Below, in pieces: positions 18,278-26,912 of a stretch of DNA of 64,000 nucleotides. The notes under the pieces were generated by a model. That model did not search any database, was not told where the DNA came from, and worked only from the letters and a program-made list of their open reading frames with translations. Each line of letters opens with the position of its first letter. Positions within the stretch are counted from its first letter, which is position 1. This DNA comes from an uncultured virus (IMG/VR IMGVR_UViG_3300035698_023946). Taxonomy: Duplodnaviria; Heunggongvirae; Uroviricota; Caudoviricetes. The translations under genes were made by a program, and so were the position numbers. The stretch lies in the IMG/VR virus record IMGVR_UViG_3300035698_023946; one strand, given 5' to 3'.

Positions 18278-18606
18278 TCTTTTCCTCCATTTTGTTGCGA
18301 TCTTTTCATCGCCTGATAATAACCAGCCGCTTCAACGCTTCCTGCTCCACCTTGTAATTCCCATCCGTCGTTCAATGCCTGATTTACCTTTACTGACAAA
18401 TCATCCGTACTTTTCCCCCACAAAATAATGTAATTATCATTTTGACTGATTTCAGACGAATTGAAATCAGAAGAATTTTGCGAAATAGAAGATCTGATTT
18501 CATCCAGTCTTACTCTATCAGGACGAATAAATACTATATCTACAAAATACAATACTGCTATAGCTAAGACGATCACAATCAAATTTCCAATTACATTATT
18601 ATTCAT
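18274..18606 (-). CDS. Membrane-anchored DUF1737-like protein
   Basis: N-terminal TM helix; LSVKVNQALNDGWELQGG...YYQAM. Confidence 0.65.
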   Translation of the reverse strand: MNNNVIGNLIVIVLAIAVLYFVDIVFIRPDRVRLDEIRSSISQNSSDFNSSEISQNDNYIILWGKSTDDLSVKVNQALNDGWELQGGAGSVEAAGYYQAMKRSQQNGGKE

Positions 18607-18621
18607 CGGATCTTCTCCTTA

Positions 18622-18678
18622 ATCGCTATCGAATGGTAGTTTGTCCGCAATGCGGACAAACTACCATTCGATAGCGAT
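18622..18678. repeat. 57-bp palindrome (perfect 28-bp arms, 1-nt centre)
   Basis: ATCGCTATCGAATGGTAGTTTGTCCGCA-A-TGCGGACAAACTACCATTCGATAGCGAT. Confidence 0.97.
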
Positions 18679-18700
18679 CTGAATTTTCCTTCTTCAGCAT
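18626..18700 (-). CDS. 24-aa mini-ORF or truncated Zn-knuckle gene running through the palindrome
   Basis: MLKKENSDRYRMVVCPHCGQTTIR*; ATG directly follows the upstream stop codon. Confidence 0.35.
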   Translation of the reverse strand: MLKKENSDRYRMVVCPHCGQTTIR

Positions 18701-19051
18701 TTATTCCCCCAAGGGCCAATATTCCATTTCATGTCTTGCGATGAGACCCAATGCTGTTTTCCATTTATCCTCATCTAGATAATCATCAAAAATAACCTTT
18801 CCATCTGGCCCGTCCACCCATGGAGTCCAAACCCCATCGATATCAACACAGCAAGGCTGAAAAATTTTAGTAATACACATTGAAGCATATCTTTCATCTT
18901 CTTCAGCATCAAAATGAGATCCAATACCATAAGCATGGGAATTACTTTTTATCTGACATACGAATCTATTATCAGATTCAAATACAATTTTACCCTTGCC
19001 ATCAAAATCTCTTTGCACCCATTTTTTCAATTCTTCTAATGTTTCATTCAT
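18701..19051 (-). CDS. Hypothetical protein
   Basis: 116-aa ORF, AGGAG upstream. Confidence 0.75.
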   Translation of the reverse strand: MNETLEELKKWVQRDFDGKGKIVFESDNRFVCQIKSNSHAYGIGSHFDAEEDERYASMCITKIFQPCCVDIDGVWTPWVDGPDGKVIFDDYLDEDKWKTALGLIARHEMEYWPLGE

Positions 19052-19063
19052 TTTAATATTCTC

Positions 19064-19252
19064 CTATTTTCTATTATTTACCAATTTGTTCTTATACAAG
19101 TGTTTTCTCAAAAACAATAACAAATCTCTGCCTTCTTTTGTTGGAATTGAACAAGACCCACCGCAGTGATGACAATCCACTTCTTTTCCATCAGCAATTG
19201 ACGGTCCCTCTCCCAGGCAAACTGGACAAGTTTCTTCAAGACATTGTATCAT
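19064..19252 (-). CDS. Anti-TRAP (RtpA)-like DnaJ-type zinc finger protein
   Basis: LEETCPVCLGEG...CHHCGGSCSIPTKEGRDLLLFLRKHL; start MIQC follows AAGGAG. Confidence 0.6.
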   Translation of the reverse strand: MIQCLEETCPVCLGEGPSIADGKEVDCHHCGGSCSIPTKEGRDLLLFLRKHLYKNKLVNNRK

Positions 19253-19583
19253 TTTCTTTCTCCTTAAAATACTTTTCATGTCTATCATAAAGATATTTCT
19301 GCATCTCTTCTGTGATTATCTTCCGCTTCGGCTTCCACCAATGTGTGTACAGACCTCTTAAACCAGTGAAAAAATAAATCACTGACAACGTGAGCATACC
19401 GTATTGACCGCTCATCAAAGTGACATAAATCCATAATGGTTGAACGCAAATTATGATGCAAAATCCAGCGATCCTATACTTGTCTTTCTTACAGCTGAGA
19501 AGCCACATATATGCAACACCGCAGATAAAGATTATAGATTGGATCATTATCTCAATCATCTGAAATCCTTTCAGGATTTTCAA
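19236..19583 (-). CDS. Small membrane protein (about 3 TM)
   Basis: Hydrophobic segments; QPLW...GQYG. Confidence 0.7.
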   Translation of the reverse strand: MKILKGFQMIEIMIQSIIFICGVAYMWLLSCKKDKYRIAGFCIIICVQPLWIYVTLMSGQYGMLTLSVIYFFTGLRGLYTHWWKPKRKIITEEMQKYLYDRHEKYFKEKENDTMS

Positions 19584-19806
19584 AAGAGTAACTCCAACAA
19601 CCTTCCTTGATTTTGTATTTTACAAACTTATCTTCAAACTCACTCTCTAACTCGATGTAAGCAGATTCATCCATTTCATCATTCATCTTTTCAAATAAGC
19701 TAAGGAAATCTTCTCTCATGTCGAATGGTACCAAATACCAAAAGAAATCCAAGCCATTGACGAAACACCATTTTTTAACCATTTTTTTCTGACTCCAACA
19801 CGTCAT
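19552..19806 (-). CDS. Hypothetical protein
   Basis: 84-aa ORF. Confidence 0.65.
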   Translation of the reverse strand: MTCWSQKKMVKKWCFVNGLDFFWYLVPFDMREDFLSLFEKMNDEMDESAYIELESEFEDKFVKYKIKEGCWSYSFENPERISDD

Positions 19807-19807
19807 A

Positions 19808-19837
19808 ATTATTGTGAGATTTCATGTCAACTGTCAA
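19808..19837 (-). promoter_or_regulatory. Possible sigma70-type promoter (tandem TTGACA; AATAAT)
   Basis: Minus strand TTGACAgTTGACAtgaaatctcacAATAAT in an intergenic gap. Confidence 0.45.
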
Positions 19838-19847
19838 GCACCCTTTC

Positions 19848-20078
19848 CTAAACGAAAAAATCTCCTATACTAGACTTTGATTGAAACCGAATTTCACAAA
19901 CATTCGCATCCAGGTCCCATCTCCAAGTGTAGTCTGAAAATGCAGAATAGTAAATCTCCTTTGATCCAATGTCTAAATCAAGAATAACCTCATTAAAGAT
20001 ATATTCACAGGACGGAAGACGAATGTTTTCAATACCGACTACACAAACTATATTATGGGGTTTAATCTTCATCTCCAA
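19848..20078 (-). CDS. Hypothetical protein
   Basis: 76-aa ORF. Confidence 0.6.
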   Translation of the reverse strand: MEMKIKPHNIVCVVGIENIRLPSCEYIFNEVILDLDIGSKEIYYSAFSDYTWRWDLDANVCEIRFQSKSSIGDFFV

Positions 20079-20310
20079 AAACCTTTCTTAGATGATAATG
20101 ATTATGACCGTCTTCACGGATGACTGAAGACACGCGATGAGCTTCACCGTCGATGAATATGATATCATTTTGTGACAAATTAACATGTTCGACTCTAACT
20201 GCCAAAGATATCGTGAATAAGGCCAAAAGAGCAATGAGAAAATATATCAAATAAAATCTAATCATCATCTTCCTCAGTCTTATCAAAATTCTCAATATTT
20301 TCAGAAGCAA
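20062..20310 (-). CDS. Small membrane-anchored protein
   Basis: One hydrophobic helix; probable start MMIRF. Confidence 0.6.
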   Translation of the reverse strand: MLLKILRILIRLRKMMIRFYLIYFLIALLALFTISLAVRVEHVNLSQNDIIFIDGEAHRVSSVIREDGHNHYHLRKVFGDED

Positions 20311-20614
20311 ATTTAAACAACTTATTCAACACCTCGGCATGTTTCTTAAAATCTTCTTTACCACAAAAATGAAGATACCCAGGAGTACTTGTTCCGCTGT
20401 TGTCTCCAAAATCTATATGAGAGCAGCCGTCCCACTTTATATTCCCACTTAAATACAATTCTTTATCAATACATTTATTGTCAGAAAGATTCCATGAAAG
20501 CGCTTTATACACATGAAATTTCATGTCATGTTCAATATCTTCATCAATTTCTGCTATAAATAAAGGGCATCCAAAATCGTCTATCAATATATCTTCAATC
20601 ATCATCTTCCTCAC
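20258..20614 (-). CDS. Hypothetical phage protein
   Basis: IKWDGCSH...YLHFCG segment. Confidence 0.7.
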   Translation of the reverse strand: MRKMMIEDILIDDFGCPLFIAEIDEDIEHDMKFHVYKALSWNLSDNKCIDKELYLSGNIKWDGCSHIDFGDNSGTSTPGYLHFCGKEDFKKHAEVLNKLFKFASENIENFDKTEEDDD

Positions 20615-20616
20615 TT

Positions 20617-20814
20617 TCAGAACAAATCAACATCTAATTTGTCAATCTCTTCCTTATCCTCTTTGGTACAGGGCCATGGAAGAAAGTGTTCTCCCAATTC
20701 CTCAGTAATCGCTTCTTTGACCGCTCCTTTAAAAAGCTTTTCTAAATGATTCCTATTTGTACATTTACCATAGTCTAATTCTAAGGCGCTGATAAATTCA
20801 TCTATCTTACTCAT
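20617..20814 (-). CDS. Hypothetical protein
   Basis: 65-aa ORF with upstream RBS. Confidence 0.65.
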   Translation of the reverse strand: MSKIDEFISALELDYGKCTNRNHLEKLFKGAVKEAITEELGEHFLPWPCTKEDKEEIDKLDVDLF

Positions 20815-20826
20815 GATTCATCCCCC

Positions 20827-22014
20827 TTATCCTTTAGTGATATTTAAAGCATGAGTTTGTGCTTCATGCAATCCGCCCAATGTGGCCATTCTAAATCTTG
20901 CCTTCTTTCTAAAATCCCGTATGTTACGTGCTCCCGTATAAGTCAAACCAGATCGAACTCCACAGAGAAGGTCTTCCACGACATCTTCAGTCATTCCGGT
21001 ATAAGGCAAATCGACTGAAATACCCTCGACGTAATATCCCGACTTTCTTTTTTCAGAGTAATTTTTCTGTTCTTCTTCCGAAGCCATCCCTCGGTAACGA
21101 ACTCCAACTATCTCGTAATTTCCTTCTTTATCAAAATTGCCAGCCACCTTGTCAGCCGGAGATGAAAAAGTCGTACTCAGTAAGCTCCCCAAATCTAAAG
21201 CGTCTGCTCCGACTGCCAAAGACTTCACCAAATCTGAACTGATCCTCAAACCACCATCCGCAAAACACTTTAAATTCATTTCTTCACAACGGGAGGCGCA
21301 TTCAATCAATGATTGAAATAATGGAATCCCATGACCGGTTTTCATTCGAGTGCTACAGATGCTACCGCTTCCAATTCCCACACGAACGCCATCGCAATAT
21401 GGTCGTAGAAATTCAGCCGCTGCCGGAGTCGCAATAGTTCCCGCGAGTATTTTAGGGATTGGAACGATGTTGGAATTACAATAATCTTGCAATTCCTTCA
21501 ATGTCTCTTTATAGATTTCGGTATGAGCGTGAGCGGCATCCAGAACTATGAAATATTTGAATTCTCTTGAAATCTCAAGAGTGTGATTGAACTTCTTCAC
21601 AGCACGTTCAAAATACTTGATCCTTTCTTTCCATGTCCCACAACTCACCGCAAACCCGACGACATAATCTGTGCCATCATATATCTCGTCACGATCAGGA
21701 TCGTGAAGAGCAGTTTCAAACATGCCTCCCTGCTCTTCTGGTTTACAACCGCGATGGAGCATTCCAGTGCCCCCACAACGCAACATGGCTTGGATCATCT
21801 CTGGGCCACACACAGTGCTCATGCAAGTGGCCACAATCGGGTTCGCTATCTTATAACCGTCGAAAATCTCCCAACTCAAATCGACTTCATCCCTCGATGC
21901 AATATTCGAATATTGTGGAACTAACCATACATCATCGAAAGTGAGAGCGGCTTTGTCGTTGACGAAGACCTCTCTTTCTAATCCATAACTAGGATTTAAG
22001 ATTTCTGACCCCAT
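20827..22014 (-). CDS. guaB: IMP dehydrogenase / GMP reductase family protein (no CBS domains)
   Basis: LTFDDV.LVP, LDAAHAH, GIGSGSICSTR, ADGG, YRGMAS, VEG, SGLTYTGA. Confidence 0.9.
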   Translation of the reverse strand: MGSEILNPSYGLEREVFVNDKAALTFDDVWLVPQYSNIASRDEVDLSWEIFDGYKIANPIVATCMSTVCGPEMIQAMLRCGGTGMLHRGCKPEEQGGMFETALHDPDRDEIYDGTDYVVGFAVSCGTWKERIKYFERAVKKFNHTLEISREFKYFIVLDAAHAHTEIYKETLKELQDYCNSNIVPIPKILAGTIATPAAAEFLRPYCDGVRVGIGSGSICSTRMKTGHGIPLFQSLIECASRCEEMNLKCFADGGLRISSDLVKSLAVGADALDLGSLLSTTFSSPADKVAGNFDKEGNYEIVGVRYRGMASEEEQKNYSEKRKSGYYVEGISVDLPYTGMTEDVVEDLLCGVRSGLTYTGARNIRDFRKKARFRMATLGGLHEAQTHALNITKG

Positions 22015-22071
22015 ATCTTCTCCTTCATTTTATAGTCTATCACATACTCGCAGTGATGTCAACCCAACAAT
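22011..22071. repeat. 61-bp direct repeat, copy 1 (promoter + RBS + ATG of guaB)
   Basis: Matches 22352-22412 with one mismatch. Confidence 0.95.
22034..22062 (-). promoter_or_regulatory. Sigma70-type promoter TTGACA-N17-TAGACT (extended -10)
   Basis: Read directly; followed by AAGGAG and the guaB ATG. Confidence 0.8.
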
Positions 22072-22079
22072 CCGCCGTT

Positions 22080-22355
22080 TTATTCCAATCTTTCAATAAT
22101 TGAATCCAACTGAGAAAGTAGTTGTTCATGTTGTTTGAAAATAGTAAAAGGATGACTCACCAAATGCTCTCTAATCTTTTGTAAACATTTAGTATCTTCG
22201 TTTACCTTATCCTTTTTCAAACTATGCAATGCTTTTAGCCCTCCTGCAATGCCGTTAGCATCATCACAAAATTGCTGTCTTTCTTCTGGAGTGGCGGAAG
22301 CCGCCCATTCTCTAAAAGCATTGGCGATACAAGGTTTTAATAATTTCTGGTCCAT
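22080..22355 (-). CDS. Hypothetical protein between the direct repeats
   Basis: 91-aa ORF whose ATG lies in repeat copy 2. Confidence 0.75.
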   Translation of the reverse strand: MDQKLLKPCIANAFREWAASATPEERQQFCDDANGIAGGLKALHSLKKDKVNEDTKCLQKIREHLVSHPFTIFKQHEQLLSQLDSIIERLE

Positions 22356-22412
22356 ATCTTCTCCTTCATTTTATAGTCTATCACATACTCGCAATGATGT
22401 CAACCCAACAAT
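22352..22412. repeat. 61-bp direct repeat, copy 2
   Basis: Matches 22011-22071 with one mismatch. Confidence 0.95.
22375..22403 (-). promoter_or_regulatory. Sigma70-type promoter TTGACA-N17-TAGACT (duplicate)
   Basis: Read directly. Confidence 0.8.
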
Positions 22413-22735
22413 GGAAATTCAATCTTCAGCAGAATAAAACCGACAACTAAAAAGATAAAACCGATCCACTGATGTGGTAGGAAAGCATTTGCCTGACCCA
22501 GAAACAAAAACATCGCATATTGAGATATAAAAAATAAGAAATCATAAAGAAGGGCATCAAAAAGCAATCGCGTCGAATACAAGCTGACAAAAACCCAATA
22601 TTGGCCAAATGCCCCTAGCAAGAATAATCCAATTGCCCAAAACAATTTTGTTGTGGCCATATTGGTTTGAACGCTCAACCAAGCATACAACCCATAATGA
22701 AGAATCACACAAGGGACCCACAGCCAATACGGCAT
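22400..22735 (-). CDS. Small 4-TM membrane protein (DMT/SMR-like size)
   Basis: Four hydrophobic helices in 111 aa. Confidence 0.7.
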   Translation of the reverse strand: MPYWLWVPCVILHYGLYAWLSVQTNMATTKLFWAIGLFLLGAFGQYWVFVSLYSTRLLFDALLYDFLFFISQYAMFLFLGQANAFLPHQWIGFIFLVVGFILLKIEFPLLG

Positions 22736-22738
22736 TTG

Positions 22739-23296
22739 TCAACACCTTCTTTTATCTAGGTCTTGCAACTTATGCCTCAATTCTACTCGAAGAGATATTT
22801 CCGATGGAGGGTGAGAGGAAATCGGTATCCCATTAATAAATTCTGGCAATTTACTATAATCCCAATCGTCTATGCTGGAAAGCAGTTGTCTTCCCTCCAA
22901 GTAAAGAGCAATCTTATCAAATTTCGCAACTGATTCTTTCTCTCTCGGACAATGGAATCTTTCATGCACAATTTGGATTATCTTTTCTTCGATTTTCTGA
23001 TAACCGGGAAGCAAGTGTTTAAATGGAGACAAAAGGTCCGAAAGATATATCTCTGAGATGTCATGAATGAGGCAAGCGTCCAGAGTATCTTGTGATGACT
23101 CATTCTTCTTAGCCAATTGAAGAACAAATAAGGTATGTTCTGCGACAGAATAGAATCTTCTACAATGCCCTCCAAACCTTGTCAACAAAGGCATCGCATG
23201 AACGATATCGTCAATGCTTATTTGTTCAGGCTTTGGATCGATAGTTGAGAAAGCTATTCCTGAAAAAGTCCGGATGTAATCTTGATCGCTAATCAT
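22739..23296 (-). CDS. HD-domain phosphohydrolase (YfbR/YfdR-like 5'-deoxynucleotidase)
   Basis: RFGGH, YSVAEH, LIHDISE.YLSD, conserved later Asp. Confidence 0.85.
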   Translation of the reverse strand: MISDQDYIRTFSGIAFSTIDPKPEQISIDDIVHAMPLLTRFGGHCRRFYSVAEHTLFVLQLAKKNESSQDTLDACLIHDISEIYLSDLLSPFKHLLPGYQKIEEKIIQIVHERFHCPREKESVAKFDKIALYLEGRQLLSSIDDWDYSKLPEFINGIPISSHPPSEISLRVELRHKLQDLDKRRC

Positions 23297-23316
23297 AAAT
23301 TCTCCTAATTCAAACC

Positions 23317-24306
23317 TTACGATTCGTCATACGGAACCGACCAGTAACAAGTTCCATTTCTTCTGAGATAAATGATTTCGGCTCCGACCAAAACATTATG
23401 AACCAAATTATGGTAAGGACAAACTTTTGGAATAAACCTATTTGTAAACCCATATTCTCCCTCATCACAAAAGTTATCAAAAACTGTAGACAGATTATTT
23501 GAGATGCATATATACTTAGAGTTGTCTACACTTTTTTTAACATAATGACAATCTGAAAAAAGACCTATCAGTTGAAAACTGTCAGCCGTGGGACTTTCCA
23601 CATATTCATACCGACCATGCTCTCTAAAGATATCATATACAATTTTCATATGAAGAAGAGAATGAATTCTAAAGTTAATATTTCTCAAAGTCGAAGAAAA
23701 AGAATCTCCATCCGGATGATCTTTTAAACAAAACGATCTAAAATCTTTGTCTACTATATCTATGGAATTTCCAGTCAATATATGCTTAAATTTTAGATCT
23801 GTCAACAACCGAATGAATTTGTTAAACAACTCATCTTCAACATTGGCTATGGTGATCATCCAATCAATCCTAGAAACGATCCCATACAAGAAGGTGTAAG
23901 CATACAATTCTAAAAAAAGATCGCAATCATCACCCCGCAAAAAACAATCTCGACCTAAAGCTAAAAACGGATCGGAAAATCCACTTCCAAGCCAGCTTTC
24001 GATATGGAATGGGTTTTTAAGATCTTTGAGGTCTTGTGGTTCAACTTCCTTCAGAGAATCCTCTCCAGCATCATAAATTAACAATGGCTGATTTTCAGAA
24101 CATCCAATCGATATTGATTCACAATCATATTTCAAATAATTATCAACGAAAAATGAATGAGATTTTAAAACTCTTCCTAACTTCCAACATTGCGGTGATT
24201 TTTTGTCAGCAACAACAATCTCATCAGATTCGTCGATTTTATTTAAAAACTTCCAACCATTTGGTGTCAGAGCTTCAGTGAGTATGTCATAACCTTGTCT
24301 CTTCAT
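23317..24306 (-). CDS. Free-standing degenerate intein/LAGLIDADG-like protein B
   Basis: GYDILTEALTPNGWKFL (block A-like) and VHNVLV...IYLRRNGTCYWS (block F/G-like); start MKRQ at 24306 (track 24324). Confidence 0.75.
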   Translation of the reverse strand: MKRQGYDILTEALTPNGWKFLNKIDESDEIVVADKKSPQCWKLGRVLKSHSFFVDNYLKYDCESISIGCSENQPLLIYDAGEDSLKEVEPQDLKDLKNPFHIESWLGSGFSDPFLALGRDCFLRGDDCDLFLELYAYTFLYGIVSRIDWMITIANVEDELFNKFIRLLTDLKFKHILTGNSIDIVDKDFRSFCLKDHPDGDSFSSTLRNINFRIHSLLHMKIVYDIFREHGRYEYVESPTADSFQLIGLFSDCHYVKKSVDNSKYICISNNLSTVFDNFCDEGEYGFTNRFIPKVCPYHNLVHNVLVGAEIIYLRRNGTCYWSVPYDES

Positions 24307-25291
24307 CTTTTGTGAACGCTCCACTTCCTAAGAATAGATGTCCGCTTCTTCTAAGCAGAAGAACATTGGTCGGCTTTGCTGCCACATTGAAAAAGAATTC
24401 ACCACTTACGGATTCTTCCTTAACATCTATCTTATTTCCGGATCTCAAGATGTATGAAGAATCCTCCAAAGTAAATTCAATGGCAGGGTCTGAACTGATT
24501 TTGACAGGAAGAGAACCTTGGAATGCCATTACTTGAAAATTATCGAGAGTGATTTTGTCAATCGCATTCCTGCCTGCATTCAAAGTATTCAACGATTTTC
24601 CACTTTCGCTATAATGAACGACAGACTCTATGAATGCCCGTTTGGCTTGTGGGTCAAGCATAGACAACCATGTCGGAACGATGAAACTGAACGAGCTTTC
24701 TCCATCATCCAGCATCTCAACCACAGGTGCTATCCCGATCAAATGTTCTTCTGAACTAATCTTGACACCTTCTCCAGTCTCATCTATGACAACTTGTTGA
24801 TATACGCAAACGGCTTTCAACTCTTCTATGTATTCTTCTTTTCTAGATGAATCTAAATAAATCACATAATCTTCGACCCTATAACCGTAAACGAAAATAA
24901 AAGCCATGAGCTTTGCTGCCGAAATACGATCTAAAATTTTATCATCCTTTGCGACATCTTCTTCATACGATAAAGTCTTAGGCAAATAGTATTTCAACGC
25001 CGGATCTAAATCTGTGAACAATCTAAATTTGAATTCATCTACATTTTTTTCATCAGAAGTATAGAACCTGATATCTCTTGTTGCCACGATGTCAATGATG
25101 TTAGACTTAATCTTATAGACTTCTGAAACATTGCTCTTCTTAATTATCCTAAGCGGTTTCATGAAAGCCAATCCATTATCGACAATCGTTCCAATCAAAT
25201 CCTCAGCCATGATTTCAGAAAAGAATTTGAACCCTTCTGCCGTGAAGATTTCTGTCTTTGAATCATAAAATCCCACAAACTCATCAATCAT
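24287..25291 (-). CDS. Free-standing degenerate intein/LAGLIDADG-like protein A
   Basis: FYDSKTEIFTAEGFKFF (block A-like) and FFNVAAKPTNVLLLRRSGHLFLGSG (block F/G-like); start MIDEF at 25291 (track 25306). Confidence 0.75.
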   Translation of the reverse strand: MIDEFVGFYDSKTEIFTAEGFKFFSEIMAEDLIGTIVDNGLAFMKPLRIIKKSNVSEVYKIKSNIIDIVATRDIRFYTSDEKNVDEFKFRLFTDLDPALKYYLPKTLSYEEDVAKDDKILDRISAAKLMAFIFVYGYRVEDYVIYLDSSRKEEYIEELKAVCVYQQVVIDETGEGVKISSEEHLIGIAPVVEMLDDGESSFSFIVPTWLSMLDPQAKRAFIESVVHYSESGKSLNTLNAGRNAIDKITLDNFQVMAFQGSLPVKISSDPAIEFTLEDSSYILRSGNKIDVKEESVSGEFFFNVAAKPTNVLLLRRSGHLFLGSGAFTKDEETRL

Positions 25292-25625
25292 TGGGTTCGT
25301 CTCCAACAGGTTTTAAATTATGCTCTTCTTCTAAAACAGCATAAATATTTCCACTCTCCACGATAAGAAACCCTTCCTCTAGGGAGTGCTTGATATCCAT
25401 GACGTTAAACAAGACTAAATCCCCAACTGAGAATTCTCGATCACCAAGTGACTCACTTATCTTATGAACCACTCCTTCCCACGCCATCTCTCCATTAGAA
25501 GCCTCTCTAACGACCGCATTTTCAGGGATGATGATTCCACCATCAGTTCTAGACTCCACATCTTCTACAATTTCAATCAATACCGCATCACCAATCAATC
25601 TCAAGTCATCAATATCAACATTCAT
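25284..25625 (-). CDS. groES: Co-chaperonin GroES (Cpn10)
   Basis: LIGDAVLI, RTDGGIIIP, VGDLVLF, IYAVLE. Confidence 0.85.
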   Translation of the reverse strand: MNVDIDDLRLIGDAVLIEIVEDVESRTDGGIIIPENAVVREASNGEMAWEGVVHKISESLGDREFSVGDLVLFNVMDIKHSLEEGFLIVESGNIYAVLEEEHNLKPVGDEPND

Positions 25626-25640
25626 ACTGTTTCTCCTATT

Positions 25641-26912
25641 TTAAAATGGAACTTCTTCTTCTTCAAAATCCTCATCAGCATCATCGTCACTATCATTACT
25701 ATCGTCATCTATGATCGCTTGAAAGTAATGATATGACGACAACATCTGCGGATACACCTTTAAAAGTTTCGGTTTATCTTCTTCATCGTTAATGATCTTA
25801 ATTTCAACGATATCTCCCTCCATCTTCGACAATGCTTCACGAAGCAGGGACGTATTAATTAGGCTCATGCAATTCACAGACTGTTCCATGACTTCTAGAT
25901 CTTCTTTATAATTGCATCTATCTAAGATAGAGTCTTCAGTTGTGGCACTCAAACTAACCATACTAGGGCCGAAGGCATTGAGCATACATAGTTGAGGTGA
26001 CACCGCCTTAATTCTATCTAAACACTGAATCAATTTTTTCCTGCCAACGACCACTTTCCCTTCTTTTGTTTTTGATTCATAAATGTCTTTCCAAACGGGA
26101 AAGTCTAAATCAATTGGAACAGCAATTATTTGAAAGCTTCTAACTTCATCAATGTCATGTTGTACAGAAATTATGTCATTATCTAAAGAGTTCTTACCAA
26201 ACGATATACATATCGAGTTTTTAGTGTTATAGTATTTTGACCCAGAAACCAAAACATCTTTTCTAAGCAAGTATTGTTCATCTTCTGAAACTTTTTCTTC
26301 TACTTCATAAACCGCCAAATTAGGACCTGATCCTCCGACAAAATACACCTTTTGTTTTTCCTTATCAAAAGATAAGCATAAGTTATGTAAGTCGTATCTA
26401 TTCGGATCTTTGCCACATAAAAAAGACAGTCTCTTAACCGCTTCCAAATAAAGAGAAGCCTCCATGGTCACCGAATCATCCACCTTAGACAAGGTCAAAG
26501 CCTCTAAAGGATAATCATCGACATTTCCACATTGAATCTCTTGTTTAGATTTATCGAAAGAAACATTCATCACAAAAGACTCTTCTTCATTCTCGTCTAC
26601 GGCAGGAATTTCCTTAAAATCAAATTCAACCCATTCGTTAGTAGAAAACTTTTGAACGATCTGAAATAAAACCTTCGAATACATGAGGCATTCTCCAGAA
26701 GATTCTACGACCAAAGAATCTGCCTCTGCCTTCACCGTATTGACAAACATCAATTTTAAGTTAGTACCAAAAAATTGAACCATATCATTTGAGCATTTTA
26801 TGTAAATGCTCTTCACTGATGGCGGAAGCGTTTCATCGATAGTAGAAAACAATGGCTGATAAGCAAACGATAAAGCATCACTTAACATTTTTCTTCTAAT
26901 TTTAAATTTCAT
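25641..26912 (-). CDS. dnaN: DNA polymerase III beta sliding clamp
   Basis: MKFKI, GTNL, DDYP and FP.W repeats of the three-domain clamp; acidic tail. Confidence 0.8.
   Translation of the reverse strand: MKFKIRRKMLSDALSFAYQPLFSTIDETLPPSVKSIYIKCSNDMVQFFGTNLKLMFVNTVKAEADSLVVESSGECLMYSKVLFQIVQKFSTNEWVEFDFKEIPAVDENEEESFVMNVSFDKSKQEIQCGNVDDYPLEALTLSKVDDSVTMEASLYLEAVKRLSFLCGKDPNRYDLHNLCLSFDKEKQKVYFVGGSGPNLAVYEVEEKVSEDEQYLLRKDVLVSGSKYYNTKNSICISFGKNSLDNDIISVQHDIDEVRSFQIIAVPIDLDFPVWKDIYESKTKEGKVVVGRKKLIQCLDRIKAVSPQLCMLNAFGPSMVSLSATTEDSILDRCNYKEDLEVMEQSVNCMSLINTSLLREALSKMEGDIVEIKIINDEEDKPKLLKVYPQMLSSYHYFQAIIDDDSNDSDDDADEDFEEEEVPF

Noticed and set aside
18622..18678. Palindrome as a simple intrinsic terminator
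   Set aside because: The stem is far longer than typical, and on the coding (minus) strand it is followed directly by an RBS rather than a U-tract.
22011..22412. Direct repeats as a CRISPR array, IS ends or DGR template/variable repeats
   Set aside because: Only two copies, made of promoter/RBS sequence, with one mismatch; no transposase or reverse transcriptase in the window.
16295..23296. Z-genome (PurZ/DatZ) system suggested by the PurA-like and HD genes
   Set aside because: The catalytic Asp is retained (GDSGK, not GSxGK), no MazZ-like gene is seen, and the HD protein looks YfbR/YfdR-like. Reported instead as a divergent PurA.
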